This document shows positions 18,936-28,385 of a stretch of 64,000 nucleotides of DNA, in pieces (the first letter of the stretch is position 1; every line of letters begins with the position of its first letter). Source of the DNA: a virus; UHGV virus genome UHGV-0289908; one strand, written 5' to 3'. A model generated the notes under the pieces. The model had not been told where the DNA came from. It searched no databases and saw only the letters and a program-made list of their open reading frames with translations. A program made the position numbers and the translations under genes.

Positions 18936-20042
18936 CTAGTAGTTCATTCCTTCAACAGAATAATTATACTCGTCTAAGAACGTATTCAAGTCATCAAGTG
19001 AAGATGGCACTGCCACTGCTCCACACTTGACCTGTTCCATTGCTTCGTCAACTTTTGTGATGGTATCTTCTGTTAAGTTTGGATTTTCCACTGGTAATCC
19101 AACACCATCCGCTTTGATATCCATTACAATCGTTTCTCCACCTTTGAAAGTGTTGTTTGCATGGTTTTCCACATGCTCATATGAAGCTCGTCCTAAATTC
19201 TTCATGGCAGATGTCAAGATGACCGAACTACCATTGGAAATCAATCCTTCTGAATATTGGTCGATGTCAACTCCAACAATGTAAACGCTATCTCCAGACT
19301 CTGCTCGGCTCTTTGCTTCATTAATAGCTCCAACTCCGACTCCACCTGCTGCTTGCATGATAATGTCTGCTCCTTTATCATACATTGCTCCTGCAATAGC
19401 CTTTCCTGCGTCTACATCTGTGAATGTACCTTGATATAAATAGTCAATCACTTCAACATCTGTTCCGTAGATTGCATTGGCATAAGCCACACCTGCTACA
19501 AATCCCCATCCTAATTTTTGAACCGCAGGAACTTTCATTCCTCCAATGAATCCAACTTTGCCCGTTTGTGATTGTAAAGCTGACGCAACTCCCGTTAAGA
19601 AGCCTGCTTCATGTTCTGTGAAGAATACTGAGACGACATTGTCTCCAACTTCATAGTCCGACCCCACTAATGGAGTTCCATCAATCAATACAAAGTTGAT
19701 GTCTGGGTAAATGGCTTGGGCTTGCCCTATGGCTTCTTCAAACTTGAATCCTGCCACAACAATGACCTCATTGCCTGCCATTACCAGATTATCAATGGCA
19801 TTCATATAGTCTTGAGTTGACTCTCCGCTTGGTTGGATATATTGAATTTCTACGTTCTCATTATCTGCTTGATATTCCAATATTCCTTCCCAAGTCCCTT
19901 GGTTGAATGATTTGTCATCAATAGTTCCAGAATCTGTAACCATCCCAACTTTTAATGTTGACTCAGATGGGGCAATCTCTTTTTTGCTACAACCGATTAG
20001 TGTGAATGCACACACTGCCAATAATAGTGTAAACTTTTTCAT
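18936..20042 (-). CDS. BMP-family (PnrA/Med-like) substrate-binding lipoprotein
   Basis: Start at MKKFTLLLAVCAFTLIGCSKKE (lipobox LIGC) after GGAGGAAGA RBS; periplasmic-binding-protein-like sequence typical of nucleoside-binding BMP lipoproteins. Confidence 0.7.
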   Translation of the reverse strand: MKKFTLLLAVCAFTLIGCSKKEIAPSESTLKVGMVTDSGTIDDKSFNQGTWEGILEYQADNENVEIQYIQPSGESTQDYMNAIDNLVMAGNEVIVVAGFKFEEAIGQAQAIYPDINFVLIDGTPLVGSDYEVGDNVVSVFFTEHEAGFLTGVASALQSQTGKVGFIGGMKVPAVQKLGWGFVAGVAYANAIYGTDVEVIDYLYQGTFTDVDAGKAIAGAMYDKGADIIMQAAGGVGVGAINEAKSRAESGDSVYIVGVDIDQYSEGLISNGSSVILTSAMKNLGRASYEHVENHANNTFKGGETIVMDIKADGVGLPVENPNLTEDTITKVDEAMEQVKCGAVAVPSSLDDLNTFLDEYNYSVEGMNY

Positions 20043-20061
20043 GGGTGTTCTTCCTCCTCGT

Positions 20062-20283
20062 TTACATAAAGCAGTCGTCAGTTGCAACTTCTTCGTCTAA
20101 ATCTTTCTCAGCTTTTGCTTGGAATGATAATACTCCGTGTTTGTTATCAGCGTTTGCTAATAAATCTTGGATGAAGCAAACTCCTTCATCTTCTGTTTCG
20201 ATTGTCATGTCGTCAACATTTAAAGTCCCAGTGACTTTGATGGTATGAGTTTCGACAATCTTTTCTTGAATTGATTTTGCCAT
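20062..20283 (-). CDS. small acidic protein
   Basis: 73-aa ORF with AAGGAGG RBS. Confidence 0.5.
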   Translation of the reverse strand: MAKSIQEKIVETHTIKVTGTLNVDDMTIETEDEGVCFIQDLLANADNKHGVLSFQAKAEKDLDEEVATDDCFM

Positions 20284-20303
20284 ATTTAAAATCCTCCTTA
20301 AAT

Positions 20304-20597
20304 CTAGTTCATCTTTTTAAAGCGTTCTGTAATGGTGGCTTTAAGCCCCGTATATGGGGGAGATGTTACTCGTTCGCCATTCAGAATGCGAGTCGCTTCT
20401 GGTTTGTTCTGCTTATTGAAGACTACTAGGTCTCCAAATTTAACTGAGTCATAATCTTCTAATGACTCTAAGATTACTCCCTGCACTGTGTCAATGACAA
20501 GTGAGGTTGCTTCTTGAGAGATGTCTAGTCGTCGTGACAATAAGCGAATGAACTCTTGCTTTGGCATTTTCTTAGGTTTCTTTTTCGCCTTTGGCAC
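20304..20597 (-). CDS. HU/IHF-family histone-like DNA-binding protein with Lys-rich N-terminal tail
   Basis: C-terminal region ...GDLVVFNKQNKPEATRILNGERVTSPPYTGLKATITERFKK matches HU arm/beta-ribbon pattern (GxxxxFxxxxRxxRxxxNPxTGxxxxIxxxxxxxFKxG). Confidence 0.65.
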   Translation of the reverse strand: MPKAKKKPKKMPKQEFIRLLSRRLDISQEATSLVIDTVQGVILESLEDYDSVKFGDLVVFNKQNKPEATRILNGERVTSPPYTGLKATITERFKKMN

Positions 20598-20644
20598 TTA
20601 AAATCCTCCTTAAAATTTATTTGTATGTCATGTTTGTTAAGTCT

Positions 20645-20672
20645 AATTAAAAAGAGCGACACTAGGTCGCCC
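20645..20672 (-). terminator. rho-independent terminator between 20817-21584 gene and HU-like gene
   Basis: Hairpin GAGCGAC-actag-GTCGCCC followed by T-run on minus strand. Confidence 0.45.
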
Positions 20673-20816
20673 ATACATAAAAGGAAAAGAGAGAGAATGA
20701 AAAATGAAATGAAACATGGAGGGCGAGACACTTGTCCCTATATTCCCCTCCACGTAAAGAAAATGGACTAAAATCGCTAGAGCCCAAGTACTTCTTGGGC
20801 TCGAGGGCATTTTCTA

Positions 20817-21584
20817 TTACTCTACTTTTTCATTTTTTCGGTTTTTTCGTGCTTTTTCTGCACTTACTCTTTTGTGCTCTCGTTGTTTCTCTTTGGTACA
20901 TTCGGAGCAATATTTGGTTTTATTCCCCTTTATTATTACTCGCTTACCACACTCTTTGCAGTTGATGACTTTTGCTCCCTTATATGTACAATAATCCACA
21001 ATAAAGTCTTCAAAAGAAGTAATTGTCATAGCGGGCTCACCTTCAAAATCAATATAATTAATTTTCATAGCACACTTTCCAGAGCGGACAGAGTTAAACA
21101 CATACCCCAATTCCTCAAGTGTCCCAATCATCAGTTCTCGATTTACGGAGTTGCGATTCACTTTAATGTCCTTAAATAACTCGGAAGAGTTCTTTAACAC
21201 TATCCACTCTCCGTTTCTTCCCTTGGCTTTATTGTCTATCTTTAATAGTACAAGTAATCCAAAAGCTAGACGCTCCAGTGCTTCATTTTTTAACATTCCG
21301 ATTGCATTAAGTTCTGTTTGGGTAATGTGGATTTGTTCTACAGCGTTTAATTTAGAATCCTGTTTTGATTTGATGTCTCGTTTCAACTTCATCTTCCATG
21401 CTTTAGAGTTCCCCGTTGCTTCTTCCATGAATTCCATCATCTTATCCATTACCTCTTCTGGGGATAGTCCTAAGTGATAGAAGTATTTAATTAAAACAGA
21501 TATCTCAGTAGACGGTTTGCTACTGAGCTGTTTAGTTTCTAAAATCTGTTCTGCGTATTTTTTCTCATTTGGAATAATTTTCAT
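20817..21584 (-). CDS. hypothetical protein with C-terminal CxxC...CxxC zinc ribbon and basic tail
   Basis: 255 aa; NCKECGKRVIIKGNKTKYCSECTKEKQREHKR. Confidence 0.5.
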   Translation of the reverse strand: MKIIPNEKKYAEQILETKQLSSKPSTEISVLIKYFYHLGLSPEEVMDKMMEFMEEATGNSKAWKMKLKRDIKSKQDSKLNAVEQIHITQTELNAIGMLKNEALERLAFGLLVLLKIDNKAKGRNGEWIVLKNSSELFKDIKVNRNSVNRELMIGTLEELGYVFNSVRSGKCAMKINYIDFEGEPAMTITSFEDFIVDYCTYKGAKVINCKECGKRVIIKGNKTKYCSECTKEKQREHKRVSAEKARKNRKNEKVE

Positions 21585-21585
21585 T

Positions 21586-24339
21586 CTACTCTTCCTCCTT
21601 GAAATGCTTTGACCGTTTTGTGTGCATAGTAAATGTCATTCCTTTAAATTCAAATTCCCCTGTTGCTGACTGAATTGGATATGAGATTTGCCCTTGGTTT
21701 CTTTTCAGTAAGTTTTTAATAATCTGTTCTCCGCACACATTCCATACGACATATTTTGACTTGTTTGAAGAATAACAAATATCAATCATAATATTGCATA
21801 AAGTTTCCTCATTGGTGCATACTACAAGCAGGTCATTTTTAAATCTCTCTGTTAAGCGATTTTCAATGTCTGCTCGTTCATTTGAGGACATCTTCTGTTT
21901 AACCGATGTCTGATAGAACTTCTTAAGGTCGTCAATGTACTGCTCGTACAATGCAGCAACCTTCTTAGCCATACTACGTTTGTATTCAACATTAGGCGAT
22001 TTCAGAATTTCTTTGTCGAACTCTGTCTTGCGTGTGTCGAGCTTGACTTGCTGAAACACCTCTTCAACGTGCCAACAGATTTTGTTCATCAGACAAGCTG
22101 TCTCGTCTATAGGAAGTTGCTTTTTGAAGAAGTGAAGAGATTTTTCTTCCTCTTCTGTTCTGTCTGTTGACGCAATGATTTCGTCCATTGACTTCTTGAA
22201 CTTGCGTCGGCAACGAATGTTCTCACTCTTCACATAATCCATGTAATCCTTGCGTAGCTTTGGATAGATGTAAGTGAAGAAATATGGTTTTTTATCTGCC
22301 ACTAATTGACGATTAAACTCTTTAAAAGCGACTACCTCTTCCGAGTCTGTGTCCGAAGGCATTAAAGGTTGATAGCTTATCCATGACTTAGGAATCCCAC
22401 CAGAGGTTTCAATCCCTTTTGCTACGTCAATACTTTCTTGACTGTGTAGAATGGAAGACATAATTCGATAATCCAACTCTTCCCATTCTGGAGTCCCAAA
22501 GTCAAATCTCGCTTGAATACTTTGAATACATGTTGCCTTGTTTGTAATAACTCCAACATTCTCTGTCTTGCTTGCGAGCAATAACTTGTCAGAACGAATG
22601 TAGTCTTCTTCTGAACACATTTGCTTTTGAGCACTCTTTTGAAGGCAAATAACTGGCAAGGTGTCTCTTATCCCTTTCATAATGTATTCATTGTTTGTAA
22701 TGAAAACGGTATCACCATCACAGTCCATCCCCGATAGTCTAGGACATGTTGCGTCATAGGCATTTAGAACGTACAGCTCCCCAATGTGCTGATACCATTT
22801 TGCCATCTCTTCTGTGCAAACAATTTCAGCCTTACCAATGTTGTTATGAGAGACCATAGGTGCTCGGAACATCCCAACCTCTGACACTCCTTTGTCCACC
22901 CAGAATTTAGAATAAAATTGTCCAGATTTTAATAACCCTTTCACTTCCATTCCAAACATGTTCTCTGCCAAACATATAGGGTCAATAGTTACCGTTTGGT
23001 AATTTCCTTGTACTTTGATTTTCCCAATCTTGGTTTCGTCAATTCGTTTCTTTATCATGTTGTTGATAGATGTTCTAACATAAGGGTCGTTGATTAACTC
23101 TGGCTCAATCATAAGAGCACTAGCGTAATCATATGTATTGATATCTGTATTTTCAGACATCCCAATTCCTTTTAAGTATGCTAAAGATTTTCTAGGGTCT
23201 AGCCCTTTTACCTCAATTATCTCATCTATCGTCGGTTGAATAAGAGCATATATCTCTTCATCTGTTAAATCTAAAGACTGAATGAACTGATAGTTGGTAT
23301 CTCGAACCTCGTCCAATACCTTTGGAGTTTGCTTTGTGACACTAAATGTGTATTTGTTTTCTACACAACATCTATGATAGTGCTCCCATGAATCATAACT
23401 GTCCCACAACTTGAGCATTGAGGTTGTGATTACTAGGTCAACATCATCAACATTCCACTCTTTATCCCAAACATCTACAATGACCTCTTTGTTCGCTTTC
23501 TCTTTTGCAAACATCTTAAAGTCGAACACTAGGGCTACTCCTTTTAAGAAAGAATTCCTAATAATAAAACCGCTCGGAGTGTAATCTAGGTGCAGGTCTT
23601 TAGCCCAAACCTTCGCAAATTCGGGAGAGATAAAACCAGAGCCGTCGCTCGCATTTAGATTCATTTCATAATCTTCAATAACTCGCTTGTGTGGTCGTCC
23701 ATCTGTTACTTCTCCTAATTCGATAACGCTTGTTTTGAAATTCGTTTCCACATCGTGTACAATACAAACGTTAGGGGTGTCGGTTACTGGGTTACTAGCA
23801 CTCATTGTTAAGCTACGATAGGCACTTAATTTTGCAGGAACAAATTCTTTGTCATTACGACCATTGTCAATGCGTCTTTGTAATTCGTCTAAAATGGTTT
23901 CGTCCGCATAGAACACTTCTCCCTTTTTAATTGAAGCAGGAGTGGATAGGAAACGTTTGTATCGTGTTCCATTTATCACAAATCCTCGGTTAATTAAATC
24001 ATAGTGTTTTGATTTATCAATCTTGACACACACAAGATACTTCAAGAACAATATTTTGTCCAACTCTTGTTTCAGCGAAACGTATCTTTTACTATTGGCT
24101 TTATTATGCCCTTCCTGTGTTAAGTGAAAAATCTCTCTTTTGAGTTGTTGAACACGCTCTTCTTCATATCCCGTCTTGGCAATGTCGTCAATACTTCTAA
24201 TAACATACGAAGAAGCAAGTCCAACAATCCACCCTTCCTCTAATAGTTCGTCCATTTCAAGTTTTAAAGACATGTTAGAGTCAACAATCTCAGTGCTTGG
24301 AATTTTTATAATTTTTCTTATTGAATATAGGTTGCTCAC
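21586..24339 (-). CDS. large protein with DxDGD signature: candidate YonO-like single-subunit (two-barrel) DNA-dependent RNA polymerase
   Basis: 917 aa; motif YDATCPRLSGMDCDGDTVFITNN carries the DxDGD metal-binding signature of double-psi beta-barrel RNAPs (multisubunit beta', cellular RdRP, SPbeta YonO); HU-like gene nearby as in SPbeta yonN-yonO. Confidence 0.5.
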   Translation of the reverse strand: MSNLYSIRKIIKIPSTEIVDSNMSLKLEMDELLEEGWIVGLASSYVIRSIDDIAKTGYEEERVQQLKREIFHLTQEGHNKANSKRYVSLKQELDKILFLKYLVCVKIDKSKHYDLINRGFVINGTRYKRFLSTPASIKKGEVFYADETILDELQRRIDNGRNDKEFVPAKLSAYRSLTMSASNPVTDTPNVCIVHDVETNFKTSVIELGEVTDGRPHKRVIEDYEMNLNASDGSGFISPEFAKVWAKDLHLDYTPSGFIIRNSFLKGVALVFDFKMFAKEKANKEVIVDVWDKEWNVDDVDLVITTSMLKLWDSYDSWEHYHRCCVENKYTFSVTKQTPKVLDEVRDTNYQFIQSLDLTDEEIYALIQPTIDEIIEVKGLDPRKSLAYLKGIGMSENTDINTYDYASALMIEPELINDPYVRTSINNMIKKRIDETKIGKIKVQGNYQTVTIDPICLAENMFGMEVKGLLKSGQFYSKFWVDKGVSEVGMFRAPMVSHNNIGKAEIVCTEEMAKWYQHIGELYVLNAYDATCPRLSGMDCDGDTVFITNNEYIMKGIRDTLPVICLQKSAQKQMCSEEDYIRSDKLLLASKTENVGVITNKATCIQSIQARFDFGTPEWEELDYRIMSSILHSQESIDVAKGIETSGGIPKSWISYQPLMPSDTDSEEVVAFKEFNRQLVADKKPYFFTYIYPKLRKDYMDYVKSENIRCRRKFKKSMDEIIASTDRTEEEEKSLHFFKKQLPIDETACLMNKICWHVEEVFQQVKLDTRKTEFDKEILKSPNVEYKRSMAKKVAALYEQYIDDLKKFYQTSVKQKMSSNERADIENRLTERFKNDLLVVCTNEETLCNIMIDICYSSNKSKYVVWNVCGEQIIKNLLKRNQGQISYPIQSATGEFEFKGMTFTMHTKRSKHFKEEE

Positions 24340-25163
24340 TATTTTTTCATCTCCTTTTTCACTCTCTCTTGTACTCCATTTGCCTTTTGATAATACCGCT
24401 GTGCCTGTTCTTTGAATTTGGAAGGAGATTGCTTTTTACGAGAATGAGGTTGACGCTTCTCAAGAAGTCTCATGCAATAACTCGACACATCTTCAATCTC
24501 GTTGTTAACAAACTCTTTTTTCAATGACTCTGCACGGTCGCTTATCAAAGCATTTAAGCATGAACACCATTCGGTGGCGAAGAGCTGTCCTTGATTAAGG
24601 ATTAAGATACGCTCACTTACGTGTTCAACGATTCTTTTGAGCTCTGCTTTTGCAGTACTTGGAATCAAAGGGTCAATCTGTGTTATCATGGTTTTAATCT
24701 CCTTATGTCCTAATTGTTCCTTGTTCGATTCCTCAATCATTCGTTTTATTTCACACAGTCCTATAAACAACTGTAATTGTCGTCGTATGTCTTTTTCGAT
24801 TTGATTTTGGGTTCTTCGCTCTTCTGAAACTGAATGGTTGTTTCCTCCAAGTTGAACATTATAGCCCTTGTTGTTGTTGGTTGAGTCGTAATACTCTATC
24901 CAGAATTTTTCCTTTTCGTTTAATTCCGCAACTGTTAGTCCACGGTCAATTATTTCAACAATGAAGTTTTCCGCTCCGTATTTTCTAATGGAGTTTGCTA
25001 GGTATAGGTTTACTTTTGGAGAATTTGCGATTCTCTCCACTCCCACTCCTTTCCCACAATATCTTTTATTGAAGGTCTTTTGGGTTTGTCCTATGTACAC
25101 TTTTCCGTTTACTTGATTTGTAACCTTGTATATAATCATGGTTTCCGTTTCAAGTGCTTTCAT
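24339..25163 (-). CDS. GIY-YIG homing endonuclease (free-standing)
   Basis: N-terminal IIYKVTNQVNGKVYIGQTQ...FNKRY...ENFIVEIID...YN GIY-YIG module; start MKALETETM after AAAGGAG RBS; ATGA overlap with RNAP-like gene stop. Confidence 0.7.
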   Translation of the reverse strand: MKALETETMIIYKVTNQVNGKVYIGQTQKTFNKRYCGKGVGVERIANSPKVNLYLANSIRKYGAENFIVEIIDRGLTVAELNEKEKFWIEYYDSTNNNKGYNVQLGGNNHSVSEERRTQNQIEKDIRRQLQLFIGLCEIKRMIEESNKEQLGHKEIKTMITQIDPLIPSTAKAELKRIVEHVSERILILNQGQLFATEWCSCLNALISDRAESLKKEFVNNEIEDVSSYCMRLLEKRQPHSRKKQSPSKFKEQAQRYYQKANGVQERVKKEMKK

Positions 25164-25180
25164 CTCTCTACTCCTTTGTC

Positions 25181-25435
25181 TTATCCAATAAAAATAATTT
25201 TCACTTCTTCTCCTGTAATACGACAGTAACAATCTGCTACTCGACCCGAATCACGGATGAAATCAACAATCGACTCTGTTAATTCTTCAACGTATTCAAT
25301 CTTGTCTTTTTTTTCGTCCCCAAATCCTAAGAAGCGGTTCGGGGTAAAATACATACAACCATACCCCACTCTCGTTTGTACCTTGAACTCTTTTCCTACC
25401 ATGGACGCTAAAACCATACTGTCTAGCTTAGTCAT
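25181..25435 (-). CDS. small hypothetical protein
   Basis: 84-aa ORF with AAAGGAGG RBS. Confidence 0.45.
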   Translation of the reverse strand: MTKLDSMVLASMVGKEFKVQTRVGYGCMYFTPNRFLGFGDEKKDKIEYVEELTESIVDFIRDSGRVADCYCRITGEEVKIIFIG

Positions 25436-25555
25436 AAATATAAACCTCCTTTTGTCTTGTTTGTATTGGGAGAAACTTCCAGTTCACCCCTATACTTATA
25501 TTATAACTTGATTGGTGTTTTTTATCAATTCGTTTTATAATATTTAAGCGAAAGA

Positions 25556-26356
25556 CTAAGCTCTTTCAGTGTTCTCAATAATGCTAACCGAGATTGCTCG
25601 AAGGTCTCCCTCAAACACTCGTGCTACCACTTGATAAAACTCCCAAGTCATGTCCATATGCGAACAAATGTATTCCATACGATTGGTGTTTGACTTTACC
25701 TCTCCACGCTCAATGGCTCTTCGTAAACGGATATCAACATTCATGTGGTGAGCTAAGTCAAACTCCTTGTAAGCAAGGGCATAGCGTCCTTGATATCCAC
25801 CACGTGCTCCGAAACGGATGATTTGATTAATGCGTTGACGTAGTTCTGGTTTTGGTGAGTCTTGCGTTAATCCCATAATGATTTGCTTTTGATGTTCAAT
25901 CTCTTTCATTTGGGTTTCAATTTTGACATTCTGTTGCTGAATGATAGCATCTTTCTTATTCAGTGTTTGTTGGGCAATCATAAGAGCCTTAGCCATAATG
26001 GTTGCTTCATCATCTTCTTGAGCTACAGGGATGTAACCACCTGTCGTGCGAATTTGCTTTAGGATTTTCTTAACTTCTTTCTTGAATGCCTTAGCGATTG
26101 GTTTACGTGATTGCATAAGAACTTCATACAATCCATCTTCGGTTAAGAACCAAGCTCTTTGCTTTCCTCCAAGGGTACAAACATTGTTTGTAACCTTTTC
26201 TTCTTCATCAACTTTACGCAACATTGTTGAAACATCACTGTGTTCAATCCATTCTGCCACATCTTTTGCTAGGAACAATGGAGCTTCCTTAGTCCCATAC
26301 ATTTTAAATTCTTTTTCGAGCACTACCTGCTCATGCACTACTGTTAATGCTGTCAT
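25556..26356 (-). CDS. Bro-N domain protein (antirepressor-like) with C-terminal KilA-C-like region
   Basis: N-terminal FKMYGTKEAPLFLAKDVAEWIEHSDVSTMLRKVDEEEK...WFLTEDGLYEVLMQSRKPIAKAF typical of Bro-N/Ant N-terminal domain. Confidence 0.6.
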   Translation of the reverse strand: MTALTVVHEQVVLEKEFKMYGTKEAPLFLAKDVAEWIEHSDVSTMLRKVDEEEKVTNNVCTLGGKQRAWFLTEDGLYEVLMQSRKPIAKAFKKEVKKILKQIRTTGGYIPVAQEDDEATIMAKALMIAQQTLNKKDAIIQQQNVKIETQMKEIEHQKQIIMGLTQDSPKPELRQRINQIIRFGARGGYQGRYALAYKEFDLAHHMNVDIRLRRAIERGEVKSNTNRMEYICSHMDMTWEFYQVVARVFEGDLRAISVSIIENTERA

Positions 26357-26575
26357 TTCATTCTTTCTCCTTTATGTATTTTTCAGACATGCCCTCAGAA
26401 GCCATATAAGGCGATTTAAGAAGGCTAAGTATAACGATGATTAATTTATCGACCGAAACGCTATCTCTTCTCAGAGAGCCTTAAAATGCGTCTCAGAGGT
26501 ATTCTAGAGTTGCAAAACTCCGTATTTGAAGTTCTCATCGACATATTTGATTATAGCATTATTTGTCACTATTTG

Positions 26576-27646
26576 TCAAGAGGTTTTTCGTTCTTTTAAT
26601 TTTTCTTTTATTTTGGGTTCAAGATGGGTTTTTTGAGAGACATCTCCACAGGCTCTAAAAAGGACTTTCCCATCTTCTTTCCACTTTTTTGAGAGAATGC
26701 TCCGACTCGCTCTGTCCTTGTACCCTAACAAGGGCTTATCCTTTTCTACTTTCGATTGTTTGCGAGCAAATGTTTGTTCATTACTGGTTCGAGAGATGGC
26801 ATTGATTCTGGAAGTCAATGAGTCAATGGTAATTCCCAATTCTTGTTGTTGTTGATAACGTTCTTTTACCATTTCTTCATATCCTTCACTGATGGCTATT
26901 TCGTAACACTTGTAATAGAAACGAATTCCAATTTCCTTAAGACCTTCATTCACATTTCGGATATATTCTCCCCAACGTCCATCTGCAATAATGGCACTTT
27001 CCCCGCTACGTAAATCGTACCCCATGTGTTTCATAGCACCGTGACGAACATTGATGATATTTGCCAAATCTCCCCCAGTTGCTTCATGGTACTCTCCTTG
27101 AGTATCACAGAAGACAATGATATCCCGTTTAATTAAACGACCTTGACTTTCCATTCTTTTAAACATCGTTTGAATTCTGTCGTCAGCTTTATCATAAGTT
27201 CTTTCAAAGAAATATCGAGTGGCAATAGAAGAAGTACCCAATAACTTCTCTGTGATGTCTTGATTCTTATAGCAAATGTTAAAGTTGTGATTTACATAGC
27301 CCAAGGATTGAAATAGATTGAGCTTCGTGATTCGTAACACCCTAGAATTCCCGTTAACCTGTTCAGCATTGGCTAATAGGTTAATCATGACTTCCTCGGA
27401 TAAGTCCTGTAATTCAGACCTACGGGTTCTAACAACAGGAGTTGCTTCACCAGTAACTTCGGTAATGATGTATTTATGACCTGCACGTGTCCATTTGCAA
27501 TATTGCTCCAATGTTTTCATTTGTGCTTTCCAACTGTCGCTTCCACCTTTGTAGATTGTCCATCCCATAATAGCACAAATCTCTTTATAGTTCTTAAATT
27601 CACGTCCGACCCAAAGTTCGGATTTATTAACCTTGTACTTACTCAT
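26576..27646 (-). CDS. hypothetical protein, first gene of leftward operon
   Basis: 356-aa ORF directly after the large control region. Confidence 0.5.
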   Translation of the reverse strand: MSKYKVNKSELWVGREFKNYKEICAIMGWTIYKGGSDSWKAQMKTLEQYCKWTRAGHKYIITEVTGEATPVVRTRRSELQDLSEEVMINLLANAEQVNGNSRVLRITKLNLFQSLGYVNHNFNICYKNQDITEKLLGTSSIATRYFFERTYDKADDRIQTMFKRMESQGRLIKRDIIVFCDTQGEYHEATGGDLANIINVRHGAMKHMGYDLRSGESAIIADGRWGEYIRNVNEGLKEIGIRFYYKCYEIAISEGYEEMVKERYQQQQELGITIDSLTSRINAISRTSNEQTFARKQSKVEKDKPLLGYKDRASRSILSKKWKEDGKVLFRACGDVSQKTHLEPKIKEKLKERKTS

Positions 27647-27664
27647 AAATGTACCCCTTTCTAT

Positions 27665-28250
27665 GTTTCAAAAAAAGCCCCTATATTAACCCCCCTAATA
27701 TAGTTATTATATTATATATTTAGGGGTTTTAAACAGGGGTATTTTTTTTGTTTCAGCTCTGACATCAGTTCGTCAAAACTCGACTTCCTTATTTTATAAT
27801 ATTTAAGCACAGTTGTCAATAGTTTTTCGGTACAAAGTTTAACAACTTCGTACCTCACACATCCAAGCTCCGTCACTTCGTTCCTACCTTGTCTGTGGTT
27901 ATTGACCATGAAATGAAGTATTATGACCCGTCCGAACTGTGAGGGACGAACAGTTTGGCGGTAAGGTCACAATACGAATGGAATGAGTATTGTGACCGCA
28001 AAATCTTTTTATCAATAAAATTTTTTATTTACCGACATTTTATTGTAATGGGTATGAGCCTTAATATAGGACGATTTAAGAAGGGGTTATTTAGGGTATG
28101 GTTAATTTTATATGGGGATGTGTAACGTTGCTTAGAAAGGCTTATATTGCGTTATAGGGGTATTGTGAGCCATCTATATAATGATGAATGTGATATATGG
28201 GTATGGGGACAAATATAGAATATGGGGTATTTATACGGAAACACACCCCC
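27665..28250. repeat. cluster of ~8 copies of a TATA-n-GGGGTAT / CCCCTA-ATA motif (both orientations)
   Basis: e.g. gcccctatattaa, cccccctaatatag, atatatttaggggtttt, caggggtattttt, ttatatggggatg, gttataggggtattg, atatgggtatgggg, atatggggtattta. Confidence 0.5.
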
Positions 28251-28269
28251 TCCCCTTTCCATATATAGA

Positions 28270-28385
28270 AAATGGTGTTTTTCAATTTTTCACGTTTTTG
28301 AGCTATTTTTACGCATTTTTAACGTTTTTTGCTTAAAATTTGCTATTTTTTGTCGTTTTTCAGTGTTTTTTGTCGTTTTTTGCAA
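28270..28385. repeat. ~12 helically phased T5-6 tracts (intrinsically bent DNA)
   Basis: gtgttttt caattttt cacgttttt gctattttt gcattttt acgtttttt ... gtcgtttttt at ~10-11 bp period. Confidence 0.65.

Noticed and set aside
25594-26444. Plus-strand ORFs (75 and 132 aa) inside the Bro-N gene region
   Set aside because: Antisense to a gene with a clear domain and RBS; no translation signals.
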